The notes beneath the pieces were generated by a model that saw nothing but the letters and a program-made list of their open reading frames with translations, was not told the DNA's origin and made no database searches. Shown piece after piece: positions 1 through 7,988 of a DNA stretch of 64,000 bases (positions are counted from its first letter, which is position 1; each line of letters opens with the position of its first letter). The stretch lies in NCBI GenBank assembly GCA_040386515.1, contig JAZKFG010000002.1:15074-79073 (forward strand), given 5' to 3'. Both the position numbers and the translations under genes were made by a program. This DNA is from Patescibacteria group bacterium. Lineage in GTDB: Bacteria; Patescibacteriota; Minisyncoccia; Phycocordibacterales; CAIZLB01.

Positions 1-105
1 ATATGGTAGGAAATTGAGGAGTGTTAGAATCATAAGAGGTAAGTCTTAAGTATATAATTCTTCATGCAATTGTGTAAGATCATATGATATTCTTAGTACA
101 TTACT

Positions 106-573
106 ATGGAATTTACAGAACGAGAGAAAAAGAATATTGGTCGGGGATTTTATTTTAGTATTTTACTCAAGGGGATTATTTCCCTTGGTGAAATTGTTGT
201 AGGAATTTTGGCACTCTGTATTCCTATAACATACGTTATTGACCTGCTACTCAGATTGCCAAGTAATATAATTACGGTTCATGCAGTTTCGATTATGGAA
301 GACTTGGTGTCAGTAGGTGGAATATTTATTGCTGTCTATTTATTGAGTAGAGGGTTGGTTAAAATATTACTTATTATTGGAATGTTGAAAAATCAGCTTT
401 GGGCGTATCCGACTTCATTAACAGTATTAGCATTATTTGTCTTGTATCAGATGTATCAGATTTTCATGACGCATTCTTTGGCAATAGTAGCCTTAACGAT
501 ATTTGATCTTATTGTCATGTGGTTTATTTGGAAGGAATATGAGGTCGTTAAAGGTAATGGTGTTCAAAAGTAA
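106..573 (+). CDS. multi-pass membrane protein (DUF2127-like), hypothetical
   Basis: 155 aa ORF with four or five hydrophobic helices. No recognisable catalytic motif. Confidence 0.4.
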   Translation: MEFTEREKKNIGRGFYFSILLKGIISLGEIVVGILALCIPITYVIDLLLRLPSNIITVHAVSIMEDLVSVGGIFIAVYLLSRGLVKILLIIGMLKNQLWAYPTSLTVLALFVLYQMYQIFMTHSLAIVALTIFDLIVMWFIWKEYEVVKGNGVQK

Positions 574-1968
574 TTAGTCTCTGAAATATTTGTCGAGATC
601 AATTGTCATAATTGTAACGTCATCCGTAGTTACACTGTTTTCTCTCATCCACTCGTCTAAAAGAGTTCTCAATTCTTCAGGGCTTTTTCCTGCCATAGAT
701 AGAGGGTTAAACATTAATTCATTTGTTGCAGGATTAATGGTCCAAAGATCTTTAAAATTTTGCTCATTTCTCTCGGCCACATCGTTCCATACTTTGTGCA
801 TCATTTCTTTTTTCTTATCACTATATGGATTACCTTCGTCATCATTAGTCGCATGTTTCCAATATTCACTACGGGCTTTAGTTACTTCGGGACTATGAAG
901 CATTACTTTAGTAATGAAATCAGAGGCAACGACAATTTTTCTACCAGGAGTATAAGGGATTAATCCTGTTTTTATTCTGTCAGTTTTAGGAATATTTACA
1001 GTATCATTTTTAATACCCACACAATGAGTCGCAGGATCTTTTAATGTTTCAAGAGTCTGTATGTCAGTATAGTTCTCATTAGTAATAGAATTATCTTCAG
1101 TTAATATTTCCCATGAAACTACTTCTCCATTTTCATCTGTATCAATGACAAAAAGGGGACTGTCACCAATAGATGTCCATTCTATCGTTTTTTCATTTTT
1201 ATCAATTCTTACTGAGACAAGAGTTGATCCTGCACCACCTTCAAGTTTTCCTGCAACTGATTTAATATCTTCAAGAATATCCCTCAATGATTCAGGATCA
1301 ACAATTTCTGATAATGTTTTTGTTAATGCATCAGCCGATATTTGCTTAGCAAGACGTGAAGATAATTCTCCTGAACCCGCTCTACTCGATATACCGTCAC
1401 AAACGGTTACGCATGTAATGTTTTCGTTTCTGTTAACTGAAAATGCATCTTGTCCGTGAGATTTATTGTAATGCACTCCCTCAATTTCTCCTGTTACTGT
1501 GTATACCTCTTCTTTATTTGGCAAATCTATTGAATCGATAGGTGTTGTAGCAGTTAATTCTTCTTGTGCCGGGTTTGTTCCTAACTGCTCTTTAACTGCT
1601 CGAAGTCGCGTATTTTCATCTGAGCGAAGTTTATTTCGTTTACTATAGTTTCGAACCGCTTCAATCATTTTCTTATATCTGGTTTGCGCCCATTCATTCA
1701 TTTCCGGATCAGTATAAATTTTAGGAATATTCATTTCTGTAAATATCTCAATCCCTTCTTCGCCAATGTCTGCACATTGTGCAGCAAATTCTCTGTCTTG
1801 TATCGGAATGATTTCAAGAAGGCTTGAAGGGTTTTTGATTTTAGTTAAAACCACTTCTCTCATTGAGCGAGGCATGTCTTCTAATACACTAATCTCTCCG
1901 GCGTCGTATCTTCGCGTGTATTCTTCAATCTTTGCATCGCTGCCGCTTAGGGGTTTATGATTTTCCAT
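574..1968 (-). CDS. PP2C-family Ser/Thr protein phosphatase domain protein with long N- and C-terminal extensions
   Basis: 464 aa. Central region carries PP2C-like motifs in order: KSHGQDAF, VCDGISSRAGSGELSS, GGAGSTLVSV, IGDSPLFVI, IVVASDF, DDVTIMTIDL. Confidence 0.5.
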   Translation of the reverse strand: MENHKPLSGSDAKIEEYTRRYDAGEISVLEDMPRSMREVVLTKIKNPSSLLEIIPIQDREFAAQCADIGEEGIEIFTEMNIPKIYTDPEMNEWAQTRYKKMIEAVRNYSKRNKLRSDENTRLRAVKEQLGTNPAQEELTATTPIDSIDLPNKEEVYTVTGEIEGVHYNKSHGQDAFSVNRNENITCVTVCDGISSRAGSGELSSRLAKQISADALTKTLSEIVDPESLRDILEDIKSVAGKLEGGAGSTLVSVRIDKNEKTIEWTSIGDSPLFVIDTDENGEVVSWEILTEDNSITNENYTDIQTLETLKDPATHCVGIKNDTVNIPKTDRIKTGLIPYTPGRKIVVASDFITKVMLHSPEVTKARSEYWKHATNDDEGNPYSDKKKEMMHKVWNDVAERNEQNFKDLWTINPATNELMFNPLSMAGKSPEELRTLLDEWMRENSVTTDDVTIMTIDLDKYFRD

Positions 1969-2022
1969 GTGTGGATTATATCACGATATGCTACTATCAA
2001 AATTAGTAGCACAAACAAAATT

Positions 2023-2676
2023 ATGAAAATAAAAGACCTTGCCTGGAAAGGCACCACAACTAAACAAAAGCGTGAACTTCTCGAGCTTTCTCTTGCTGAA
2101 AGGGATAGACTTGTTGCTGACGGAAAAGTCCGAGATGGCCAGCTTGGCTTGGCCAGTACGTGCGTTGATATTATCGGCACAGCGAATTCAGTCTTGAAAA
2201 ACGAAGATGCTTCTGAAAGGGAAGAATGGAAAAAGCTTCTTGCTGAGGCAAGGGAGATTTCTACTGAAGCTGTCGCAACTGTTGAAAATGAAGACAAAGA
2301 CGACTGGGCTCCGAGCGAGTTTGAGGTAGTTGGAGCTATTTACCTTAAGACTGCTGATGGAGATGTGGAAATGCTTGACCATGCACTTGAACTCTTTAAT
2401 GCTGGAGCTCGAAAGGCCTTAAGTCAGGGTAATAAGCCAATGGGTGTTCTTTTGTTAGGGCAAGTTCTCAGGACTATGATTGCCAAAGGAGAAATAGATG
2501 AAGTTAAACGGATGATGTACAGTTTCCATACCGCTATTATAGAAGCGGGTAAACTTACGCCAGAAGTTGAAACACGGGTTTACCGTGCTCTTGCTGAAGC
2601 GGTGAAGTTCGTTTCAATACAGGTTGCTGAAAATGCTGGCTTGGACAATCAGGCTCTTAAGGGCAAGGCAATTTAA
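2023..2676 (+). CDS. hypothetical protein
   Basis: ORF 1957..2676. Start set at the internal ATG of MKIKDLAWKG; no recognised domain. A short hairpin with a T-run follows at about 2690-2730. Confidence 0.4.
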   Translation: MKIKDLAWKGTTTKQKRELLELSLAERDRLVADGKVRDGQLGLASTCVDIIGTANSVLKNEDASEREEWKKLLAEAREISTEAVATVENEDKDDWAPSEFEVVGAIYLKTADGDVEMLDHALELFNAGARKALSQGNKPMGVLLLGQVLRTMIAKGEIDEVKRMMYSFHTAIIEAGKLTPEVETRVYRALAEAVKFVSIQVAENAGLDNQALKGKAI

Positions 2677-2704
2677 GCGGATTTTTTTCGGATGCGTATC
2701 CCTC

Positions 2705-3175
2705 TTAACGGGGGATGCGTGTTTTTATTTTCTTAATATCCTTTACCGTAAGCCATGCAGCACCATTTCCAAATCCCGTTTTGTCTATATTAAAAGGAGT
2801 TTTTACATACTGAGCATTTTTTAGAAATATAAGAATACAGTACTTAGGTAATTTGCCCCATGTTTTTGGATCGGGATTTACAATGCAGATTTCTTTGCCG
2901 TATTTTGCAACAATTTCTTTTGCATCGGCAATAGTTGAAATGTTGAATTGAATAACTTTTGAAACTTCTGCTGAAGCTGTTATAGGTTCTCCTGAATTTT
3001 TAAAATATATAGTATCGTTTTCTTTGATGGTGTTCCAAGGTGTTCTTCTTGTTTGATACCATCGTGATTCAATAGTTTTTTCTCCTGCAACGATCTTAGG
3101 GATGAGATTCCAGGATTTAGTCATGATGGCGATGTGGTGCATATGGGTATATTTTAGCACCCTTGCTATTTCCAA
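2705..3175 (-). CDS. ASCH domain-containing protein
   Basis: 156 aa. Motif AIMTKSW..IPKIVAGEKTIESRW resembles the ASCH beta-barrel fold; PUA-like. Confidence 0.5.
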   Translation of the reverse strand: MEIARVLKYTHMHHIAIMTKSWNLIPKIVAGEKTIESRWYQTRRTPWNTIKENDTIYFKNSGEPITASAEVSKVIQFNISTIADAKEIVAKYGKEICIVNPDPKTWGKLPKYCILIFLKNAQYVKTPFNIDKTGFGNGAAWLTVKDIKKIKTRIPR

Positions 3176-3232
3176 GCTTCTTGTTAGTATTCGTCATAGG
3201 CTCAATAACTTAACCATAGAAACTATACTGCT

Positions 3233-3607
3233 ATGACCGCACTTACTGCTTTGGAAATCTTTACAAACCCTCATGATCTTTCGATCTCTGTCGCGCAAGG
3301 TGAAAAAAATGGGAAGTTTGGCTTGGCAATTTGCCGCGCGCTAGAACATAATTACAAAATTTTAATAATCACCCTACCTTGTAGGGAAACTCTTGATCTA
3401 ATTATTGCGTTCGTTGAAGAGTTGTTGATGGAGGCGGTAAACTTTGGTCTGGAAGAACAAAAGGATCCAGAAAGTTTGACTGCGGCTCTTGTACCGGCTG
3501 GGACGCCAGGTGTTTTAACAACTGATCTGATTCAAGCCATTGTGTCTAAGCTTCGTGAATGTCAGCAAGTGGATACGCTTTCGCTGGTGCCTGCTAAGGC
3601 CACATGA
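3233..3607 (+). CDS. hypothetical protein
   Basis: 124 aa ORF with higher local GC. Followed by hairpin ggcgatatggaaaatatcgcc plus T-run at about 3625-3662. Confidence 0.35.
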   Translation: MTALTALEIFTNPHDLSISVAQGEKNGKFGLAICRALEHNYKILIITLPCRETLDLIIAFVEELLMEAVNFGLEEQKDPESLTAALVPAGTPGVLTTDLIQAIVSKLRECQQVDTLSLVPAKAT

Positions 3608-3737
3608 TCTTTTCTCGGGCAGGAATTTTAGGCTGGCGATATGGAAAATATCGCCGGCTTTTTTAATGCTTATGGAGGATGTGAGCTTTTCGAATCTCAC
3701 ACGGAGGCAAAGCAGTTTGCCTCCTCTCCTTATAAAC

Positions 3738-3768
3738 GAAAATAAACACCTAAACGGTGTTTATTTCT
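3738..3768 (-). terminator. palindromic hairpin terminator downstream of tRNA-Ser (gaaaataaacacc-taaac-ggtgtttatttc)
   Basis: Perfect 13-bp inverted repeat immediately 3' of the minus-strand tRNA. Same motif family as at 11564-11590. Confidence 0.5.
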
Positions 3769-3774
3769 ATATGC

Positions 3775-3859
3775 GGAGGAGGTGAGATTCGAACTCACGG
3801 GACCATTACAGCCCTCCTGTTTTCAAGACAGGTGCAATCGACCTCTCTGCCACTCCTCC
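3775..3859 (-). tRNA. tRNA-Ser (anticodon TGA), class II with long variable arm
   Basis: Reverse complement reads GGAGGAGTGGCAGAGAGGTCGATTGCACCTGTCTTGAAAACAGG...GTGAGTTCGAATCTCACCTCCTCCG. Acceptor, D, anticodon (CTTGAAA loop) and T arms all pair. CCA is not encoded. Confidence 0.8.
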
Positions 3860-3913
3860 ATGAAGTTATGAGACCTTGTGTCGACTAACGTATATGATAC
3901 TATCATAATATAT

Positions 3914-4354
3914 ATGAAATATCTAGGGATTGATTATGGCAAGAAAAAGATAGGCATTGCCAAGAGCGATGATGCAGGAAGCATAGCCTTTCCAGACAGT
4001 ATTGTCTCTCCTGAAACGGCAGTTCAAACAATACTAGACCTCTGTAACAAGGAAAATATACAGCATATTGTTATTGGCTATTCTATAGACTTAGATGGTC
4101 AGAAAAATGCCATTGAAAAGGATATTGAGGAGTTTATTTCAAAGCTTGGCCATGAATTTACTATACACAGATTCGACGAGCGCATGACAACCTCTGGTGC
4201 ACAGGCAATGTTGCGGCATTCATTTCAAAAACAAACACAAGATAAGCATAAAGCAAAAAATGCCAAGAAGGTGCGTGATCACACAAAAGACGATGATGCG
4301 AAAGTGGCAGCATATATGCTTCAAGGGTTTCTCGATATGCAGCAGAGAGTGTAG
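3914..4354 (+). CDS. ruvX: Holliday junction resolvase-like YqgF/RuvX
   Basis: N-terminal MKYLGIDYGKKKIGIAKSD matches the RuvX/YqgF signature. ATG at 3914 within ORF 3878..4354. Confidence 0.7.
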   Translation: MKYLGIDYGKKKIGIAKSDDAGSIAFPDSIVSPETAVQTILDLCNKENIQHIVIGYSIDLDGQKNAIEKDIEEFISKLGHEFTIHRFDERMTTSGAQAMLRHSFQKQTQDKHKAKNAKKVRDHTKDDDAKVAAYMLQGFLDMQQRV

Positions 4355-4366
4355 TATACTACACAC

Positions 4367-4690
4367 ATGATTACATTTGATGACTTCAAAAAAGTAGAAC
4401 TTCGGGTTGGAGAAATTATTTCTGCCGTTCCAGTAGAAGGGTCTGAAAAATTATTATTACTTAAAGTGGACTTCGGAGAGGAAACACATAGAACTGTTGT
4501 TTCTGGTATTTCTCAATATGTTGAAATAGAAAAGTTTGTTGGCACACAAAAAATATTTGTTACTAATCTTGAACCGCGAGCGATTATGGGAATTGAAAGT
4601 CAAGCTATGATTTTAGCAGGGAAGGATGATACGACGCTTGGACTAGCAACGCTCGATAGACCAATTAAAAATGGCACAATGCTGTCTTAA
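4367..4690 (+). CDS. standalone tRNA-binding domain protein (CsaA/Trbp111/MetRS-C-terminal-like)
   Basis: 107 aa. Motifs FKKVELRVGEI, KLLLLKVDFGEE, RTVVSGIS and NLEP follow the EMAP/Trbp111 OB-fold pattern. Confidence 0.65.
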   Translation: MITFDDFKKVELRVGEIISAVPVEGSEKLLLLKVDFGEETHRTVVSGISQYVEIEKFVGTQKIFVTNLEPRAIMGIESQAMILAGKDDTTLGLATLDRPIKNGTMLS

Positions 4691-4704
4691 TATAAAATGT
4701 ACGT

Positions 4705-5703
4705 ATGAGCTCTTTTTTATCAAATATCACAAAGCACATTCCAATTCCAAAAAGCATGACATTCAATCATGCGGGTGTTGATATTGGTACCAACCATATT
4801 CGACATGTGGCATTTAAAAAAACTGGAGAGACAATTAAAATTAAAAATTTTGGTGTATACGAAATTCCAACTGTTGTACATACGACACCATTGGTTGAGC
4901 AAACTGAAATATTATTAGCGCTAAAAAAAATTCAAAAAGAATGCGGGTATAAATACGTAGAAGTATCTTTGCCAGAGGAGCTGGTATACATTTACACAGC
5001 TGATGTAGATGGAGCAGATCCTACATCTATTCGTACGCAAGTAGAGTTTCGAATTGAGGAAAATGTGCCACTGAAAGTGGATGAAGCGGTGTTTGATATT
5101 ACTCCAGTGATTTATATGAAGGATACAAATAAAAGTTTAGTTTCGGTTGCCGTAGTGGCTCGAAAAACAATTCAAGAATATATTGACCTGTTTCGAAAAG
5201 CTTCTATGGAAGTTGTTTCTTTCTTGGTGCAAAATCAAGCACTCTCAAAAACGCTTATTTCAAAGGATGATGCAGAGCCGTACTGTATTGTGGCTGTTGA
5301 AAAGAAAAATATTATTGTATCAATTGTAAGTACAGGAATTGTACTGTATACAGCCTCTATTGATCAGTCTGTCTTTACTGAAGATTTGAAGCTTGAAAGA
5401 AAAGAGGTTATGCAGGACATTGTAAATGATATTTATAAAATAGTTATATTCTGGCTTTCATATATTGAGAAAAATAAAGCCTATGGATTTAAGCCACTGA
5501 AAGCAATTCTTCTGAGTTCAACTCATAGAGACATTCTTGAATCTGATTTTGCGCATATGCTTGCGCACGAGCTTTCATTTCAAGTAAAACTGGCAGATGT
5601 GTGGATGAATATTCCATTTCCAAAAAATGCTGTGCCTGAAATTCACAAAAAAGATTCGTATCAGTATGCAACCGCTATCGGTTTAGCCATGCCTAAGATA
5701 TAA
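4705..5703 (+). CDS. pilM: type IV pilus assembly protein PilM (actin-like ATPase fold)
   Basis: 332 aa. N-terminal GVDIGTNHIRHVAF matches PilM/FtsA-like sequence. Followed by PilN/PilO-like genes. Confidence 0.6.
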   Translation: MSSFLSNITKHIPIPKSMTFNHAGVDIGTNHIRHVAFKKTGETIKIKNFGVYEIPTVVHTTPLVEQTEILLALKKIQKECGYKYVEVSLPEELVYIYTADVDGADPTSIRTQVEFRIEENVPLKVDEAVFDITPVIYMKDTNKSLVSVAVVARKTIQEYIDLFRKASMEVVSFLVQNQALSKTLISKDDAEPYCIVAVEKKNIIVSIVSTGIVLYTASIDQSVFTEDLKLERKEVMQDIVNDIYKIVIFWLSYIEKNKAYGFKPLKAILLSSTHRDILESDFAHMLAHELSFQVKLADVWMNIPFPKNAVPEIHKKDSYQYATAIGLAMPKI

Positions 5704-5713
5704 TACAAAGGTA

Positions 5714-6241
5714 ATGCTGTATCTTATTCATGATGAACAACGCAAAAAAATTATTGCAGATTACTATGCACGCATAGTGCAAGTAGTAACATGGTTTCTT
5801 GTTGGTATATTTATTATAGTTGGTATTTTGTCTTTGCCTACAATTCTCCTTTTACAGACAGAAGGGAGAACGTCTACTGATAAAATACAGCAATTGGAAA
5901 AAGATATTGAGGCAGCAAAATCAACAAGTACAGAAGAGCAAGCGGCTATTATTACAAATAAAATAGATATTTTACGACAAACATATCCGGTAAGTGTACA
6001 GGCTACATATATCGATTTGGAACGAATTGCAGAAAGTATATCAGGAGTTCATATCAATAGTATAAATGTAGACGCACTAACTAAGAATGTGCAAATCGTA
6101 ATGGAGGTTCGAGATAAAGAAGTGGCAAAAGCTGTAGTTGATGCCTTTAATAAAAGCAAATATAAAGGCGCCACTCTTCCATACTCAGTCTTAAGTGAGA
6201 AGGCAACATTTACGTTTGCTCAAAATTTAAAATATGAATAG
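5714..6241 (+). CDS. pilN: PilN-like pilus assembly protein (single TM helix plus coiled coil)
   Basis: 175 aa. N-terminal TM helix then coiled-coil region. Position directly after pilM. Confidence 0.5.
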   Translation: MLYLIHDEQRKKIIADYYARIVQVVTWFLVGIFIIVGILSLPTILLLQTEGRTSTDKIQQLEKDIEAAKSTSTEEQAAIITNKIDILRQTYPVSVQATYIDLERIAESISGVHINSINVDALTKNVQIVMEVRDKEVAKAVVDAFNKSKYKGATLPYSVLSEKATFTFAQNLKYE

Positions 6242-6776
6242 TATAAAAAAATACATTTCAATAGCTTTCCTTATACTTGTTCTCGGAGCAGGGTCTTTCG
6301 GTGTATACATGATCAATCAGTATGTATTTAATTTTTCAGAAAGAGTGGTTGAGATAAATACAAAGCTCCAGACACTAGAAGCAACAAAAGCCAACATGGA
6401 ATTATTTACAAAATTCCTATCAAAAGGATCAGATGAGCAAAAGCAAATCAATGCATATATTTTAAGTGGAGATGATGTGTTTAATGCGATTACAGCTATT
6501 GAGAAAGATGGAAAAAAAGCTGGAATGTTTACTGGTGAGAATCTTGGTATTTCTTCTGTAGCAAAACGAGAGAATGTTACCCTAAAAAAGATTAATGCAG
6601 GAGAGGTTGTGGTGAATATGATTGTAGAAGGGAAGACAGATGATGTCGATTTATATATAAAGGCCTTAAATAATTTACCGTATGTTTCATATATTGAAAA
6701 AGTAAATCTTACTTTTACTGATAACAAAGCTAGAACTCGAGCGGGAATTACATTGATAATGACAGAAATTCTATGA
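6234..6776 (+). CDS. pilO: PilO-like pilus assembly protein
   Basis: 180 aa. N-terminal TM helix with periplasmic domain. Overlaps pilN by 8 nt, suggesting translational coupling. Confidence 0.45.
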   Translation: MNSIKKYISIAFLILVLGAGSFGVYMINQYVFNFSERVVEINTKLQTLEATKANMELFTKFLSKGSDEQKQINAYILSGDDVFNAITAIEKDGKKAGMFTGENLGISSVAKRENVTLKKINAGEVVVNMIVEGKTDDVDLYIKALNNLPYVSYIEKVNLTFTDNKARTRAGITLIMTEIL

Positions 6777-7138
6777 AGCACACTTTTACTCTAAAAAAGA
6801 ATATTACAGGATTTAAACCAGAACTGCATTGGCAGATTATTCTAGTAACTTCATTCGTATTATTTTTATGTGCCATTGCATACAATGGGTATTTATATGT
6901 ATATGCAAAGAAACAAGTTGATTTGGCAGATAATGCTGTTAGTGCAACTACGCCGGTTAAGTTGAGTTCATTTGCATCGCCTGAACAAATACAAGACTCA
7001 TTTAAAGTGTATGAGGATAGAGGGGCAAAATATACAGAAATTATGAATGGCTTGAGTAGGGCAAATGTTGTTCAGGCTGCTGCAGTTGTGGCGACGACAA
7101 GTACAAGCACTGTCATTGCAACTACAACCAATCAATGA
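6773..7138 (+). CDS. membrane-anchored hypothetical protein (possible PilP-like fourth member of pilMNO operon)
   Basis: 121 aa. Single TM helix, Thr/Ala-rich tail. Overlaps pilO stop by 4 nt. Confidence 0.35.
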   Translation: MKHTFTLKKNITGFKPELHWQIILVTSFVLFLCAIAYNGYLYVYAKKQVDLADNAVSATTPVKLSSFASPEQIQDSFKVYEDRGAKYTEIMNGLSRANVVQAAAVVATTSTSTVIATTTNQ

Positions 7139-7141
7139 TAT

Positions 7142-7176
7142 AAAGATTTTGATGTAGTAGCATCAAAATCTTTGTT
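7142..7176 (+). terminator. rho-independent terminator after pilMNO operon
   Basis: Perfect hairpin aaagattttgatg-tagtag-catcaaaatcttt followed by T residues. Confidence 0.6.
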
Positions 7177-7187
7177 AACCCCTGATT

Positions 7188-7259
7188 GCTCTTGTAGTTC
7201 AATGGATAGAACTGCGGACTTCTAAGCCGTTAATCTAGGTTCGATTCCTAGCGAGAGCA
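7188..7259 (+). tRNA. tRNA-Arg (anticodon TCT)
   Basis: GCTCTTGTAGTTCAATGGATAGAACTGCGGACTTCTAAGCCGTTAATCTAGGTTCGATTCCTAGCGAGAGCA. Acceptor stem 7 bp with one GU. T-arm CTAGG/CCTAG. Anticodon loop CTTCTAA. Confidence 0.75.
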
Positions 7260-7270
7260 CAAACATGTAA

Positions 7271-7300
7271 CAAACCATATCGAAAGATATGGTTTGTTTT
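7271..7300 (+). terminator. hairpin terminator after tRNA-Arg
   Basis: caaaccatatc-gaaa-gatatggtttg followed by tttt. Confidence 0.5.
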
Positions 7301-7426
7301 CTATATTGCTCTCGAGCAAGCCAACTGCTTGGCTTGCGTCTAGGAATCGAAAAGCTTTGCCTTATTTTCGAGCAACTATGTTGTGAGAAAATGGCAAAGG
7401 TGTACTGACCGTGTAACGGTCGAGAG

Positions 7427-7439
7427 CCTAGCGAGAGCA
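7427..7439 (+). repeat. direct duplicate of tRNA-Arg 3' end (cctagcgagagca), with an inverted partial copy at about 7306-7350
   Basis: The 13-mer is identical to 7247-7259. An inverted, degenerate copy (tctaggaatcgaa ... tgctctcgagcaagcc) lies between the two. Confidence 0.5.
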
Positions 7440-7469
7440 AGCTAATATTCTTCATGCTAAAATTTACAC

Positions 7470-7988
7470 ATGAAAAATCCACTCAAATATATCGTTCCAA
7501 CAATCTTAGTTATCATCGCTCTATGGTGGGGAATGAGTCAAGGAAATGCTATACAACCAATTGTATATGCACCAATGCATATTGATCATTCAGTATATGC
7601 AACAACATCAGAACATGTTGCAGGACAAACTAAAGCAGCTAAAATCATAGCAATTGATGGGGATAAAATTACTCTAGATTATATTGATATATTAAGCGGA
7701 GAGGATGCAGAGAAAGCAAAGTTAGCAGATGGTCATTGTACGCAAAAACAAATTGATGAACACGATGGGTGTTTTCCGAACGGAGTTATATATGACAGAA
7801 ATGTAAATGCAAAACTCAGAATGTTTACTATTGCTTCAAATGTTGAACTTACAACTCAATTTGCAACAGAAGAAACTCCTAAGATATATTTTGCAAATTT
7901 GAAAAGTAATATAAACCCTTCACCGTATATGGTTACTTTTAATGATGCGAGTGAAGTTGTTAAGCTTGTGGAGATTTATCGACCATAA
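7470..7988 (+). CDS. secreted hypothetical protein
   Basis: 172 aa with N-terminal signal/TM segment. No recognised domain. Confidence 0.4.
   Translation: MKNPLKYIVPTILVIIALWWGMSQGNAIQPIVYAPMHIDHSVYATTSEHVAGQTKAAKIIAIDGDKITLDYIDILSGEDAEKAKLADGHCTQKQIDEHDGCFPNGVIYDRNVNAKLRMFTIASNVELTTQFATEETPKIYFANLKSNINPSPYMVTFNDASEVVKLVEIYRP

Noticed and set aside
3676-3700. tRNA-like T-arm hairpin (gtgagcttttcgaatctcac) considered as an additional tRNA gene
   Set aside because: No D-arm or anticodon arm can be built around it. It is treated as a remnant or incidental hairpin and mentioned only in a finding.
7222-7482. 86-aa minus-strand ORF overlapping tRNA-Arg and its terminator
   Set aside because: It overlaps a well-formed tRNA and the repeat scar, so it is spurious.
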